This document shows positions 24,801-36,440 of a DNA stretch of 64,000 nt, piece by piece. The stretch is from Camelus dromedarius (Eukaryota): NCBI RefSeq assembly GCF_036321535.1, contig NC_087436.1, positions 64,110,001 through 64,174,000 of the forward strand, given 5' to 3'. Every line of letters starts with the position of its first letter. The first letter of the stretch is position 1. The notes beneath the pieces were generated by a model. That model did no database searches and had not been told where the DNA came from. It saw only the letters and a program-made list of their open reading frames with translations. The position numbers and the translations under genes were made by a program.

Positions 24801-26009
24801 TGCTAGTGAACTATAAAAGGAGCTAGTTTGATGCAGGAAATGACTTGGAATTGTTCCATTCGGTTCTGTGTTATTTTCCTGTTTTTAGGACTTTTCACCT
24901 TGGAATCGTTTAAAATAGTTTGGTACATTTTTGTCAAAATAACAAGTATTATATATATATATGTCTGTATATGTATGTACACATAGATATGTATATAAAA
25001 TGTGGCCTCTTTTTCTCTTTTCTTTTTTATATTTCTGGGAACTATGGAAAGAGGAATAGGGAATTTTAGGCCATTTTCCTAATGTTTTTTCTTCAAGATG
25101 TTTTTTGTTAAAGATTGTAGTAAAATTCCTGACAATAGATAAATTGAGCGGTGTAAATTGATTTCTTTTGAAGTTTTTTCCTACGGCTTTGAAACTTCTA
25201 AGCGTCCACCCAGACTTACCTTTGGAGGGTATTTGTTTTACTATCTAGAAAGGTAGAAGAGGGGAGTAAACTCTGAAATTGTAGAAATGAAAGCACTACC
25301 AATTTCTAAATTCCCTTAGAGCTCTTTGGGCAATTTCTGCTTGTGTGACTGTTGTATGATAAACCATGAAGCTGGATTATGCGTTCTTCAAGCATGTTAG
25401 TACATTTCTTGGAGCTAAATCCGGGAGGGGATCTGGCAGACCAATATCCTAGCTACCAGCAGTATTGCTAAAGAAGTAGCAGTTATTTGCACTTTAAAAA
25501 ATACAAAACAGATTTTTTGGTGGAACCACATTCAACTACCCTAGTAGGATGTAAAGCACTTTTGACCCAAAGATTAATGGGATCCTTACAAAGCTTTCAC
25601 CATGTTGTAATTCTGCGAGTAGTTAGAGCACATTCATTATGTACAGCCAGGATCCTTAAGGGGTTTTCTGGATGGCTGGAAATGGATCTCCCTACATCAG
25701 AAGCTATTAACTTGTTTTTTTCCTTCTTGCATAAGTCATATATTAGAAGGCTTTCTTTATTCATTGGCTTTGGTACTGTTTTGAAGGGCACAGTAAGAAT
25801 GAATTGTGAAATGTGAATGCAGATTAGTGGAGAGCCAAGTAGCTTATTTCGCAATCATATTTTTTGACTGGGGAAGAAAAGGCAAAAGTGAAAAATGTGG
25901 CTTCTATCTGCATTATAAAAAGAAAAAAGGATTTTATTGTAAATAAGTGCTGTTTTTTCAAATTCAATCTACTCAACTTTGGAAGACATTTGTTTGTTAC
26001 AAACTACAC

Positions 26010-26190
26010 TGCACAAGGAGACTCGAGATAAGGATTTTAGCTCTGGTTTTGCTAATGGGCCAAAATTTTACCTTCTTAGAAATACAGTTCCCCTAGCAGC
26101 AAAAGGGCAATAGTATTTGCCTTGTCTTCATGTCAGGACTGTTTTGAGGATCAAATGAGGTAATGCTTGGAAAAGTTAGTGAATTATGAA
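26010..26190 (+). mobile_element. MIR SINE (degenerate)
   Basis: ttttagctctggttttgcta...gttttgaggatcaaatgaggtaatgc. Confidence 0.6.
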
Positions 26191-26584
26191 GTAGGACAAT
26201 AGCATTATGGGTCCCATGATTTGAGTCATCGTCCGTTTTCAAAAGAATTAACTACGTACACCGTCTGCTGAACTGTCTTTTCACTGTGTTCTGTGGAGTT
26301 AACCCATGCTGGTCTACAAAATAACACAGGCACTATGAACGCAGTCTTTAGATGAGCCTCAGAGTCCCTCGTCAGGGTGATGGCCCGGCATCACCCCAGT
26401 ACGCTGCAACTGCAATTACAGTGCACAATTTTGTCCAGTTACAAACCCTGTAAGATTTTGCAAACATGAAAACTCCCTGACTTAAATTGTCTGTGTTTTT
26501 TACCCTGGGCAAATTTACTATTCCAGAGAATTTAAAATATTTTAAGTAGAGGTATTTTGTTGACAGTCACAATGCTAATTAAAT

Positions 26585-26770
26585 GTCTTATATATTTAGC
26601 ATGTATTAGTTGTCAGATATTTGGCAAGGTCTAGAAATTCTCTAATCCTTACAATAGTCTTGCATTATCGTGCCCATTTTAGTTAAAAGAAATCTGAAAC
26701 TTAGAGATAGTAAATATCTTGTCCAGGGTACAACTGGTAAATGGTGCAGTTGCAAACCAGGGTTCCCAAT
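26585..26770 (-). mobile_element. MIR SINE
   Basis: cccattttagttaaaagaaatctgaaacttagagatagtaaatatcttgtccagggtacaactggtaaatgg. Confidence 0.7.
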
Positions 26771-27239
26771 TTTAAAATATGTAGTGAAATGCTACCTTAT
26801 ACTACCCCCCCAGGGTCATTTTTGGTGAAAAATTTAAGAAAAATTTTAGATAGAAATGTAGCATTTTCAGAAACTCAAAAAAAAAAAAAAAAAAAAAAAC
26901 AAAACAACCCACCACTTACTGAAAACATGACAGTCCTTCACTTTTATTTCATTCTGGGGAAAGAAAATTTGAAAATTTCAGTCTTTTCGAGAACCACTTG
27001 GAATAAATTACTAAGTAATTTGATAAAAAGTCTTCACATCAGTATTACTGTCTCTCCTGTATGTCCAAGATACTCAAAGTTTATCTTCTATTCTATTAAG
27101 AACCCTGGGTATATTTCTATGTTTATGCTTAGAGTTAAGGAAGGGATAGAAAAGTATGACTAATTTCTGAAAATTGACTTTAACATATTGTGTTAGTCTA
27201 TAAATTCTTCCTCCTTCTTCCCTGCGTCACAGTTGATGA

Positions 27240-27450
27240 GCAGTTTTGAATATGCCAAGTCTGTAACATTTAGAATCAACAGATGTAGGTTCAATCCCAG
27301 CTCACTATTTGTGAGACTAAAGGATTGAGATTCAGTGTATCCCACTGAGGTCTAATTTGGTCATATAATAAAATGACAATAACTATTAATGTTTCTCTAA
27401 TCTGTTTGAGAGTGTTTTAGAAACCATCAAATGCTATGTAAATAATTATA
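27240..27450 (+). mobile_element. MIR SINE (degenerate)
   Basis: gtaggttcaatcccagctcactatttgtgagact...aaaatgacaataac. Confidence 0.55.
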
Positions 27451-27576
27451 TTATGTAATAAATTGTAGATCCCTAGCAGTTAAGCTAAGATGCTCATATC
27501 TGTCTGATTTTCTTAAGTTTTAAATATAAAAGCTACTAAAATATGTGCATGTGCTTTGAAGAATTGTTTTTCTTCT

Positions 27577-27960
27577 GCTTTGGGATGAATCCTCCCCCCA
27601 CCCCATCTCCTGCGCCCATTCATATGTTGGAAGTCCTGACCCTAGTGTGACTGCATTTGGAGACAGGGCCTGTAAGGGAGTGATAAAGCTTACATGAGGT
27701 TATAAGTGTGGGGCCCTAATCAAATAGGACTAGTGTCCTTATAAGAAGGGAGAGAGACATCAGAGTTCTCTCTTCCATGTGAGGACACAGTGAGAGGCCA
27801 GCTGTCTGCAAGCCAGGAGGAGAGTGTCACAAGGAATCCATTTGGCTGGCACCTTGATCTTGGACTTCACAGCCTTCAGAACTGTGAGAAAAAAATTCCT
27901 GCTCTTTAAGCCACTCAGTCTGTGGTATTGTGTTCTGGCAGCCCCAACTCACTCATATAC
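27577..27960 (+). mobile_element. MaLR LTR, MLT1A-like
   Basis: attcatatgttggaagtcctgaccc...tttggagacagggcc...gtccttataagaagg...ggcaccttgatcttggacttc.cagccttcagaactgtgaga...tttaagccactcagtctgtggtat. Confidence 0.88.
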
Positions 27961-27992
27961 TTGCTTCAGTATACTAATGTCCCTAAGGGTAG

Positions 27993-28373
27993 TTGTAGTA
28001 AGTAAAGCTAGTAGCAAGTTATTAGTAGTAATTTATGCAGAGAGAGAGAAGGAGGGAGGGAAGGGAGATTGATTGATCCAGGTAAAAGTTGAAGTTACCG
28101 TCTTGAAACTGAAGGTGGTCACTCAGGATTTCTGTGTTGCAGCCTGGAGGTATATATTTTTATTCCTTGGGGAACCTTGATGTTTGCTCTAAAAGCCTTC
28201 AGCTTATTGTAGAAAGCCGACCCACGTTAGGAAGAGGAGTCTGCTTTATTTAAAGTCAACTGATTGTAAATGTAAATCACAATGAAATACCTTTACAGAA
28301 ACATCTAGAGTAGTGTTTGGCCAAATGGTTGGTCATTGTTGTCTATCCAAGTTAATATAAAATTAACCATTAC
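27993..28373 (-). mobile_element. ERVL LTR, MLT2-like
   Basis: ctgctttatttaaagtcaactgattgtaaatg...tacctttacagaaacatctaga...gtgtttggccaaa...ccaagtt...aaaattaaccattaca, the characteristic antisense MLT2 end. Confidence 0.8.
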
Positions 28374-28838
28374 ATTGCTATAACAAATTTAATTGTTAAA
28401 ACAACATTAATTTATTCTCGCAGTCTGAAGGTCAGAAGTCTGAAATGGTTCTCAGTGGCCTATAGGCAAGATGTTGTCAAGACTGAGTTTCTAGGAGAAA
28501 ATCCATTTCCTTGTCTTTTCCAGCTTCTAGAGGCTGCCCTCGTTTCTTGGCTCGTGGCCTTATTCCTCCATCTTCAAAGCCAAGTCCTCCTTATATTACC
28601 ATCTCCCCAGTTCTCTCTCTTCTGTCTCCTTCTTCCATTTGTAAGGGCCCCTGTGGATACATTGGCCCCACACAGATAATCCAGGATACTCTCCCGTCTA
28701 AAGGTCAGCAGATTAGCATCCTTAATTCCATTTGCAATCTTAATTCCCCTTTGCCATGTAATATAAGTTATTGATGAGCTTCTGGGGCTTAGGACATGAA
28801 CATCTTGAGGGTAGGGGACATTCTTCTGCATACTTCAC
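28374..28838 (-). mobile_element. MaLR LTR, MLT1C/D-like
   Basis: ttgctataacaaatt...gaaggtcagaagtctgaaat...ccttgtcttttccagcttctagaggctgccc...cagataatccaggatactctccc...ccctttgccatgtaa. Confidence 0.85.
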
Positions 28839-28859
28839 TAGCTGATCTTTGTGGTCAGA

Positions 28860-29090
28860 GAAGCAGATGGTAATTGGTGAGACTAGACTTTTAAGTGAAA
28901 CCACCTGAGTTGGCAGTCCCAGCTCTTCCTCTAATTAATTGAACTCACCGCTTCATTTTGTCCCAGTTTGCTCATCTATAAATTGAACTGATGGTTTCTG
29001 AAAGGATTCATTGTGCTGATACTTGTAAAGCACTCAGAAGAGTGATTAGCACATAATCAAGAAAACAGCTCACTTATCTGTTATTATTTT
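28860..29090 (+). mobile_element. MIR SINE
   Basis: cccagctcttcctctaatta...cagtttgctcatctataaatt...tgtaaagcactcagaagagtgattagcacata. Confidence 0.7.
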
Positions 29091-29589
29091 GTTTACAAGT
29101 TTCAATTGTGATTGTTTTAGAGAATTGAAAATGATACGAATTGGTTAGGGGAAGAAGAGAGTTATAATAATTAGCAGTTTGTTTCGTAGCTTTTCTTTAG
29201 GTTTTGTGCAACCCAAAGTAAGTTACGTTTTCTGTCTTAAGTTATCTTGAAATTTAGTGACACAGTGATATTTTTTACACTTGTACATCTATGTACTAAA
29301 TAAAAGATACTTCATGCCTGGAAATAGAAAAAGCATCACCAAAATTGTTAATGAGCATATTAAAATAAGAACTTGACAGAGGGGTTGATTGTGTGCTGAC
29401 TTTCTTCTGATTTGAAGGAGGGTGTGGGAGTTTTAGAAAAAGAAAGAGTTAAGGTATACTTGATTATTTTTAAGAATATATAACCTTATAATTAAATATT
29501 AAACATTCTCAGTAGAAAATCAAAAGCAAAGCCAGATTAGTTTACCAAATCAACTTGAGCCAACTTCAGGTGTAGATATGTGTTTGTGA

Positions 29590-29923
29590 ATTTATTTATT
29601 AATTTTCTGATTTTTATTGAAGTATAGTTGATTTACAATGTTGTGTTAGATTCAGGTATACAGCATATTGATTCAGTTATACATTTACATATATATATAT
29701 TCTTTTTCAGATTCTTTTCTTTTCTAGGTTACTATAAGATAGTTGATATAATTCCCTGTGCTATATAGTAGGTCCTTGTTGTTTATCTATTTTATATATA
29801 TAGTGGTGTGTATATGTTAATCCCAGACTCCTAATTTATACCCCCCACCCCTTTCCTCTCTGGTAACCATAGTTTGTTTTCTATGTCTGCAAGTCTATTT
29901 CTGGTTTGTAAATAAGTTCATTT
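29590..29923 (-). mobile_element. 5'-truncated L1 (cetartiodactyl/camelid type)
   Basis: ttttattgaagtatagttgatttacaatgttgtgttag...ccctgtgctatatagtaggtccttgttg...ggtaaccatagtttgttttctatgtctg; tgtgtttgtg on both flanks (29579-29588, 29924-29933) is a possible TSD. Confidence 0.9.
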
Positions 29924-32502
29924 TGTGTTTGTGTTTTTTATTGTTGGAAATGAGAAGTAAGCTGCCAACTATTTCACCTCTTAGGACCTTGCAGCTCAAC
30001 AGGAAAATATGGAAGCAGCGTAGATCATATATCTTTATATTGAATTTGAAAATATTTACAGAAAGTTTCTGCATACAGAAAGTAAGCACCTGGGTAATAT
30101 AATCCATTAAATCATATATGAAATACGATGTTAAATTCTAAAAGCCTCAAATAATCACCTTATTGTCATAGTTGTAATACAGTTCTTATTGTGTGGAACT
30201 CTCATTTTACAGATTACTGAATACCTTGCTTAAGAATAGTCTATATACAGTTTTATCAAATTTTGTACTGTTATTTTATTTATGTTGTCATGCATTATTT
30301 GGATATTAACATGTGCTTAGGAACTAAGGCAGAAGTACTATTAAAATGTGAGTAGAAAGAATTTTTTCAGTAGCTCTGAAAGTTGCATGTGAATTCTCAT
30401 TTAACAGGCTTTTGCTTTTAAAAATTTTTTCATTTAACAAATATTTAATCCAGCTAAGATTGTAGGTGTTGAGGGCAAGTTAACAAATTATAAAAGATTC
30501 TTTTCCTACACATCTCATATTCCAGACTTTTCTTTTTTACTAGTATGATATTTTTAAACTTTTCTGATAATTTTATGGTATTATTCTTTTGTACTGGATA
30601 TATGAAATAAATTAGAGGAGTAAAAGTATATTTAATGTGATAAATCATTATGTCAAAAGTTAATTTAGAACTAATAGGATTAAATAGATTACTGTGAAAT
30701 AGAAAGAGAAGGGGGTCATTGAGTGAATACAAAGTTCCTGATTACTTGCATATTGTAGAGAATCATGTTCCTTTGGCAATAATAGAACCTATTACACTGA
30801 GTAGCATAACTTCCTTATAGCAAATTAAGAAATAGGCCCAGATGGAAACTGGGACCTTAGAGAATGAAATTGTTTGCCTGTGATTGTACAGATGAGGAAG
30901 CAGGACCCTTAGCTGAGACTGGAAACGAGGTGTGTTTCATTCCAACATAAATACTCTTAACGCAAATGAAATGTGGCATCTTGGCTTGTAAGTTACTCGT
31001 TTTCTTGAGTGAGATGTTTCTAGTGTCTGCATGATATTCATATGTACTGTATTAGGAGGAATTTGAAGTCTCTAGGCCATGTTGTTTGTATGTATTAACT
31101 ATCACAAGAAGGAATCCTCTAACCGCAAAACCGTCATAACCTATTGGAATCCACATGTAGGTAATAAAACAGACTCATTTGTCTGCGTCTTACTGGGAAT
31201 TCTAGGAAATACATGATTTGCATATAAGTTTTAAATGTGCACTTAAATATTTCAGAATTGTTTAGCAAAATAAACATTACTTGTGTAATTGTAGAAAAAG
31301 AGACCCTTTGTAAACTTTTTTAATCAAGAAATTTAAGTTTGAATCTCTATAAGAATGAAATCATTTTCTGTAGATGAGATTTACCCGTTTTTTCTTAATT
31401 TTCACACACATGGAAAATGTTTGTCAATGTAATAAAAAGTTTATATTGTTAATATAAAAAATACTATATATTTAACAAAGTCTTAAAATAAGCATTTCTT
31501 GAGTAGTTACCATTTGCTGTGTGCTGGGTATAAGAGGGGGAATTTGCCAGTCTCTTTCCTTAAGAGCTAATATTTAGAGATCTATTCATGTCATTTAAAT
31601 GCTGTCTGAGGCACATAAGGACATAGCTGGTTATTTGCTTTGTTTTATTAGATATTTTTAAGAGAGAAAGTATTCATAATCATACCTATTTTGTTATTTA
31701 AAACCATTGTAAAAGATAGAAATAAAAAAATTGGGGGAGCCAACTAATATTACTCCTAATAGTAGCTACAATTATTTGTTTAATATAGCAAAATCCACGA
31801 ACATTTATTAGATTTTATTTAGAAGAATTAGATTTTAATTATTAATTGTTTTTGCAGTGTTATATTCAGCTAGCCAGTTATTCTAGTTTAAAAATGTTAT
31901 TAGAAAAAAAGGAATTCAGAGTTTGATATTGGAATATATTTAGTCAAGAATTGTCTGAGAATTGATATTGTCAGAGAATGGTGTTTTTTCCCATCTATTT
32001 TCATATTTTATACAATATGCTCTAAATTCAAACATGAATTTAAATTTATGTAAGCCAAAACTTTGGAAAATGTTTAAAACAGAAATTTGAATAAATAAGG
32101 CACAAAAACATATTTAATGCTCTTCTTGTACTGAAAGTTATTCATAGTTAAAAGAAAGTCATATAAAGTAACATTTAAAAGTAAGCAGATCAAAAAAGCA
32201 TATAAACATTTGCACAAGACTACTAAGCCAGCTAATAGTGAATTTTTGAGTGAAACTCTAATTGAAATATTTGGAAGACTTTCTCTTGGAGGTTAATCTT
32301 AATGGGGTAGAGCCCGTCATATTAAAACTTGCCACTCAACTGTTTTGTTTTTCCTTTGAAGGTAGAACAACTATTGTTAGGGGCAAGAATGTACTTTCTG
32401 AGTTTAAGAATGGTGAATGGGTAAATTATACCAAAAAAGATAGATTTGTGTTGGGAAACTTTAAGTCTCCTTTCTTTTGGGGAGCTTTTGCTGAGATGCT
32501 TT

Positions 32503-32613
32503 GGGGTAAATTTTCAACGCAGTGTGTGTTAAGATTGAACCATGCAACCCTCATTGACATTAATGGGAATCTCTAGGCTAAATCTGCTCATGCTGTGCTG
32601 AAAATGTATCCCC
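32503..32613. mobile_element. Imperfect ~110-bp palindromic element; probable ancient non-autonomous DNA transposon (MER135-like, name tentative)
   Basis: Termini ggggtaaattttca and tgaaaatgtatcccc are inverted; internal arms agattgaacc/ggctaaatct; centre ctcattgacattaatggg. Confidence 0.6.
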
Positions 32614-33192
32614 CCAGTGTTTGAGTAGTTTTTCAGCTATCAAAGATGCTAAAATAGAGTGATTATGGGCCACAATATAAATATATATTTTTATAGTTTT
32701 AAAATATTTTTGATATAGGGTTATGTGAATTGTTATATAGAGCTCCAATCTAATGTGCTACGGCTTAATATTGAAAACAGTGGTGTTCAGTGAACTGAAC
32801 TATATATTTTACTCCAAACAGGACAAAGATGCTGTGCTTCATTTTGACTTCATTTTACTCCTTGCTATGATTCTGAAAAGAAGCCACTGTGGCACAGAGT
32901 GAGAGCACCCAGTGGATTTGTTAATGTAGTGCCATATGCTAGGAATATTCTTAGAGCTTCCCTCTTTTCCCTATTGTCCTTATTTTTAATCTGAGTACAT
33001 CCAAGGCTTCAAAAACATTCTACCTAGTGTAAGCTACACATTGCGTTTTGCTCATTTTTTTCTTCATTTTGCTGGTTGAGGCAAAGTGCACTGCAAAAAT
33101 GTGTTCCTAGCTTGTTTTCATATTCTATTTAACACTAAAATGCTTTATCATTAAAATACTTTGCCATTGCATCTTTTTAAAATGCTCTATTT

Positions 33193-33619
33193 TGGACCTA
33201 GAGATTATCATATTGAATGAAGTGAGTCACATAGAAAAAGACAGAATCTATATGTGGAATCTAAAAAAAAAATGATACAAATTCTATTTACAAGGCATGA
33301 ACAGACCCACAGACAGAGAAAACAAACTATGGTTACCAAAGGGGAAAGGATGGGGAGGGATAAATTAGGGGTTGAGGATTAATAGACACTTACCGTATAT
33401 AAAAGAGATAAGCAACAAGGACCTTACTATATAGAACAGGGAACTGTATCCAATTTCTTGTAATAACATAATGGAAAAGAATCTGAAAAGAAATATATAT
33501 ATTTGTGTGTATATGTATGTGTGTGTGTATATATATATTATATATATATATATAATGTATAACTGAATCACTTTGCTGTACATCTGAAACTAACATTGTC
33601 AACTACACTTCAAATAAAA
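33193..33619 (+). mobile_element. 5'-truncated L1 with 14-bp TSD
   Basis: ggacctagagattatcata...ggttaccaaaggggaa...actgaatcactttgctgtacatctgaaactaaca...caaataaaaa; TSD aaaatgctctattt at 33179-33192 and 33620-33633; TT|AAAA site. Confidence 0.92.
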
Positions 33620-34119
33620 AAAATGCTCTATTTCGAGAAATCAAACCTATTGTAAAGCTAACTTATCAGATATTTACTGTTTTATAAGCTGTTTTAGATG
33701 GTTATAGAACCTTGTGACTCTTTAAATAGTAAACCAAAAAATAATTTATTGATCACAGAAGAAAAACTATAGAACATTTCTTATCTAGTGCTTTTTGATT
33801 AGCAGAGTTCAAGTCAGAAACATACCAAGTTTTGCTCTGATTGCTAATGTTGTGGTAGTGGGTAGTAATGAAGGTATTTTTTGACTTTGGTAAAAGAATC
33901 ATAGACTAATTTCACAACAGGCCTAACTTACTAAGTTTAGCTTTCCCCATGTCAAGAACACTTTCCTTTTGATTCACTTTACTGTGGGTATTGAATATTA
34001 CCATCTCGCCTAAAGCACCATTAGATACACTCTCCAAGATAGAAAGATGAATAAAGCACTTGGGGTAGGAGAGAGATTGCACATTTAAAAGTGATGAAAA
34101 CTTATTGGAACTTCCTGAG

Positions 34120-34700
34120 TTCATCATGCCTCTGGATGCCATAAAGAAGTGCCTTCCAGTCAGATCAAAACTGAAATTCTTAGGTTTGGGGGAGAAGTCA
34201 GTTCAAGGGACTGATTCTCCTGTCATGAACATAGAGGTGGTAGCTGAAATTCTAGGATTGGAGTAGATCACTAAAGAAAAGGAAGTAGTATAAGAGGTGA
34301 AAAGTCTGGAGAAATCATACAAATAAAGAGAAAGAGACAAAGAAAATTTCAAGAGTTAAAAAGATACTATAAAAATGATAAATAAGAAAGAAACAACTTT
34401 AAGAGAGATGAAATGATCAGATATCCAGTGTTTCTTTATGCTCTTGGCATATCAACTGAGAAAACACAATTTAATTTGTTAATTCATGAGTGTGTTTAGT
34501 AGTTTTTAAGAGACAGAACTTGGGCTCTAAAATATGGAGGCATAATTGGAAATGAAATGGAAGCTGCCATTAAAACTGTCAAAAATTATTTTAAGAAATT
34601 GTCCACGAGAAGAAGGAATCGAGTTTGATGGTTCTGTGAAATGGAGCAGGAGTTATAAGAGGTTATTCTGTTGTTGATTTGTGTCTTTTGCATGGGCAGG
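34120..34700 (-). mobile_element. Degenerate L2 fragment
   Basis: Purine-rich stretch with catagaggtggtagctgaaa...gattggagtagatcactaa, similar to antisense L2. Confidence 0.45.
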
Positions 34701-34719
34701 ATTTGCATACTTTTTTCAC

Positions 34720-34852
34720 TAGGAAGATGGATTAATTTATAGTCCAAACTGGGTCACCTCTGACAGTATATAGGGGCTATTAACATTTACTCCAGGATGA
34801 TTGGCGTGCACTGGAACTGTGCCTAGCAAACTAGGATATAGTAGATACCCTA
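34720..34852. mobile_element. MER94-like hAT (Blackjack) DNA transposon
   Basis: taatttatagtccaaactgggtcac...ggggctattaa...ggaactgtgcctagcaaactagga...gatacccta matches the remembered MER94 consensus. Confidence 0.65.
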
Positions 34853-35479
34853 TTTACAGTAGAGGGAATTAAGCTTTATAATTTTCAGTTCTAATTTGGA
34901 CAGGCTGGGATAGCATAGAGAACTTCTAGGGTTCTGGGTGATACAGAAAGCAAAAACATGGTGACATTCGTTCCTAAGATAATTGGACCCAGTGACACTT
35001 TCCCAATGACTGACTATAAAGCAGAGGAAAAACTTATAAGGCCTATGCCAATTGTTTCATTATATACTAAAGAGTATCTTCCTTGCAATGAAATGGAAAG
35101 ACAGAAACATAGCATACGACCTTCTAAACAAATTTTACTTAGGTGCGTATCCCCAGCCTGTAAAGGGACATGGCAAAGAGAACACCATTCATCACTAGAG
35201 AAAATAGCTAGATTTGAAGGTTTTCTGTTTTTAAATTTAGGTTAATTTACTTTGTGGAGATGTATTAAACAGAATTATATAAAATTTAGACGAAACTTTA
35301 TTTGCTTATTTAAATCATTGTTTTTCTAAAGCAGAATATTTTCCTGATAAATATGGCAGGAATGTTAGGTGATATGATCGGCCTCTCTTTATACTAAGAG
35401 GATCTCATTTAGTTTGGTTTCTTACACTGTTGAATTCTCCTGGTCCTCCTCCTGCTTTATTGTGTACTGTTCTCCATAG

Positions 35480-35659
35480 TCCCTCAAGCTGAAAATTGAT
35501 CTCCAGTCAATAGAGTGCAGTGATTCGACCTGCTCCGTAATCAGTCCCGCTCTGTGAATGAAATCCATCGTGGGAGACTTGATTACTATCTCTGTTTGGA
35601 CTGACCTGGTTGAAAGCCCTGTCAAGCTGCCTGAAATTTGGATGCTTTGGATGTTAGCC
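35480..35659 (+). other. Candidate 180-nt exon containing an ATG (35558) that opens 34 codons to the donor
   Basis: Acceptor tgtactgttctccatag|, donor GCC|GTAAGG; all three frames are closed before the ATG. Confidence 0.3.
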
Positions 35660-36049
35660 GTAAGGAATTCTTTGCTCACCAAAGGAGCTAAATTGAGCAG
35701 AGATGAAGGACTGGTGTTTATTGATTTTTAACCCCCTTGCTTCTGAACAGCTTAGAGGACAGGATACAAATTTAAAAGCTATACTCTTAGCATTTAAGTA
35801 AAATACTTGTCTACTCTTGCAAGTCTTCCTGATATGGTTTCAAATAACTTTATAAAATAAAACAAGTCTTATAAAAAAATTTAGCTGGCTAATAGAAATT
35901 CAAAGAAATCTGACAACATTATATCATTGCTTGTACCTGCTCTTGAAAGCTGATAGTAATGTCAGCATTTCCTTCCTATAAGGATCAAACCATCCTTTGT
36001 AGGAAATGAAATGTTAGTCCTTTGATGTTTCCCTGAGCCTTTTCTTTCT

Positions 36050-36440
36050 GTTACTCATTTCTTTTATTTCTATTATGATTTGTTTCAAATGTAGCAATTT
36101 GATTTTTCCTGATTTATTAAAAAACGATAGGTGCTCAATGAAAAACTAACAATGCAGAAAATCATAGAGGAGAATAAAATCACCTGACATCTCTACAAAA
36201 ATAAATTTCCCTAAATTTAGGTCGCTGTCTTTTCAGATATCTCTCTGTTTTCATAGATTGAATTGATGGTGTTCAGTAAACTTTTTTCTATACTCAATGT
36301 ATGTTGTGACCATCTTCTAGGACAGTAAATATAGGTCTGTGTTCTCTTTGTGTGACTATACTGGGTTCAGATATTTAACTGATTTTCTAATGGTGGGCAT
36401 AAAGAGGTGTTTCCAGTTTTCTAAAATCGTAAATAAAGCA
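36050..36440 (-). mobile_element. Old L1ME-like 3' fragment
   Basis: tttaactgattttctaatggtgggcataaagaggtgtttccagttttctaaaatcgtaaataaagc resembles the antisense L1ME 3' UTR. Confidence 0.55.

Noticed and set aside
26741..27163. Longest ORF (140 aa)
   Set aside because: Starts inside a MIR and runs through a poly(A) tract read as poly-Lys; no splice or codon support
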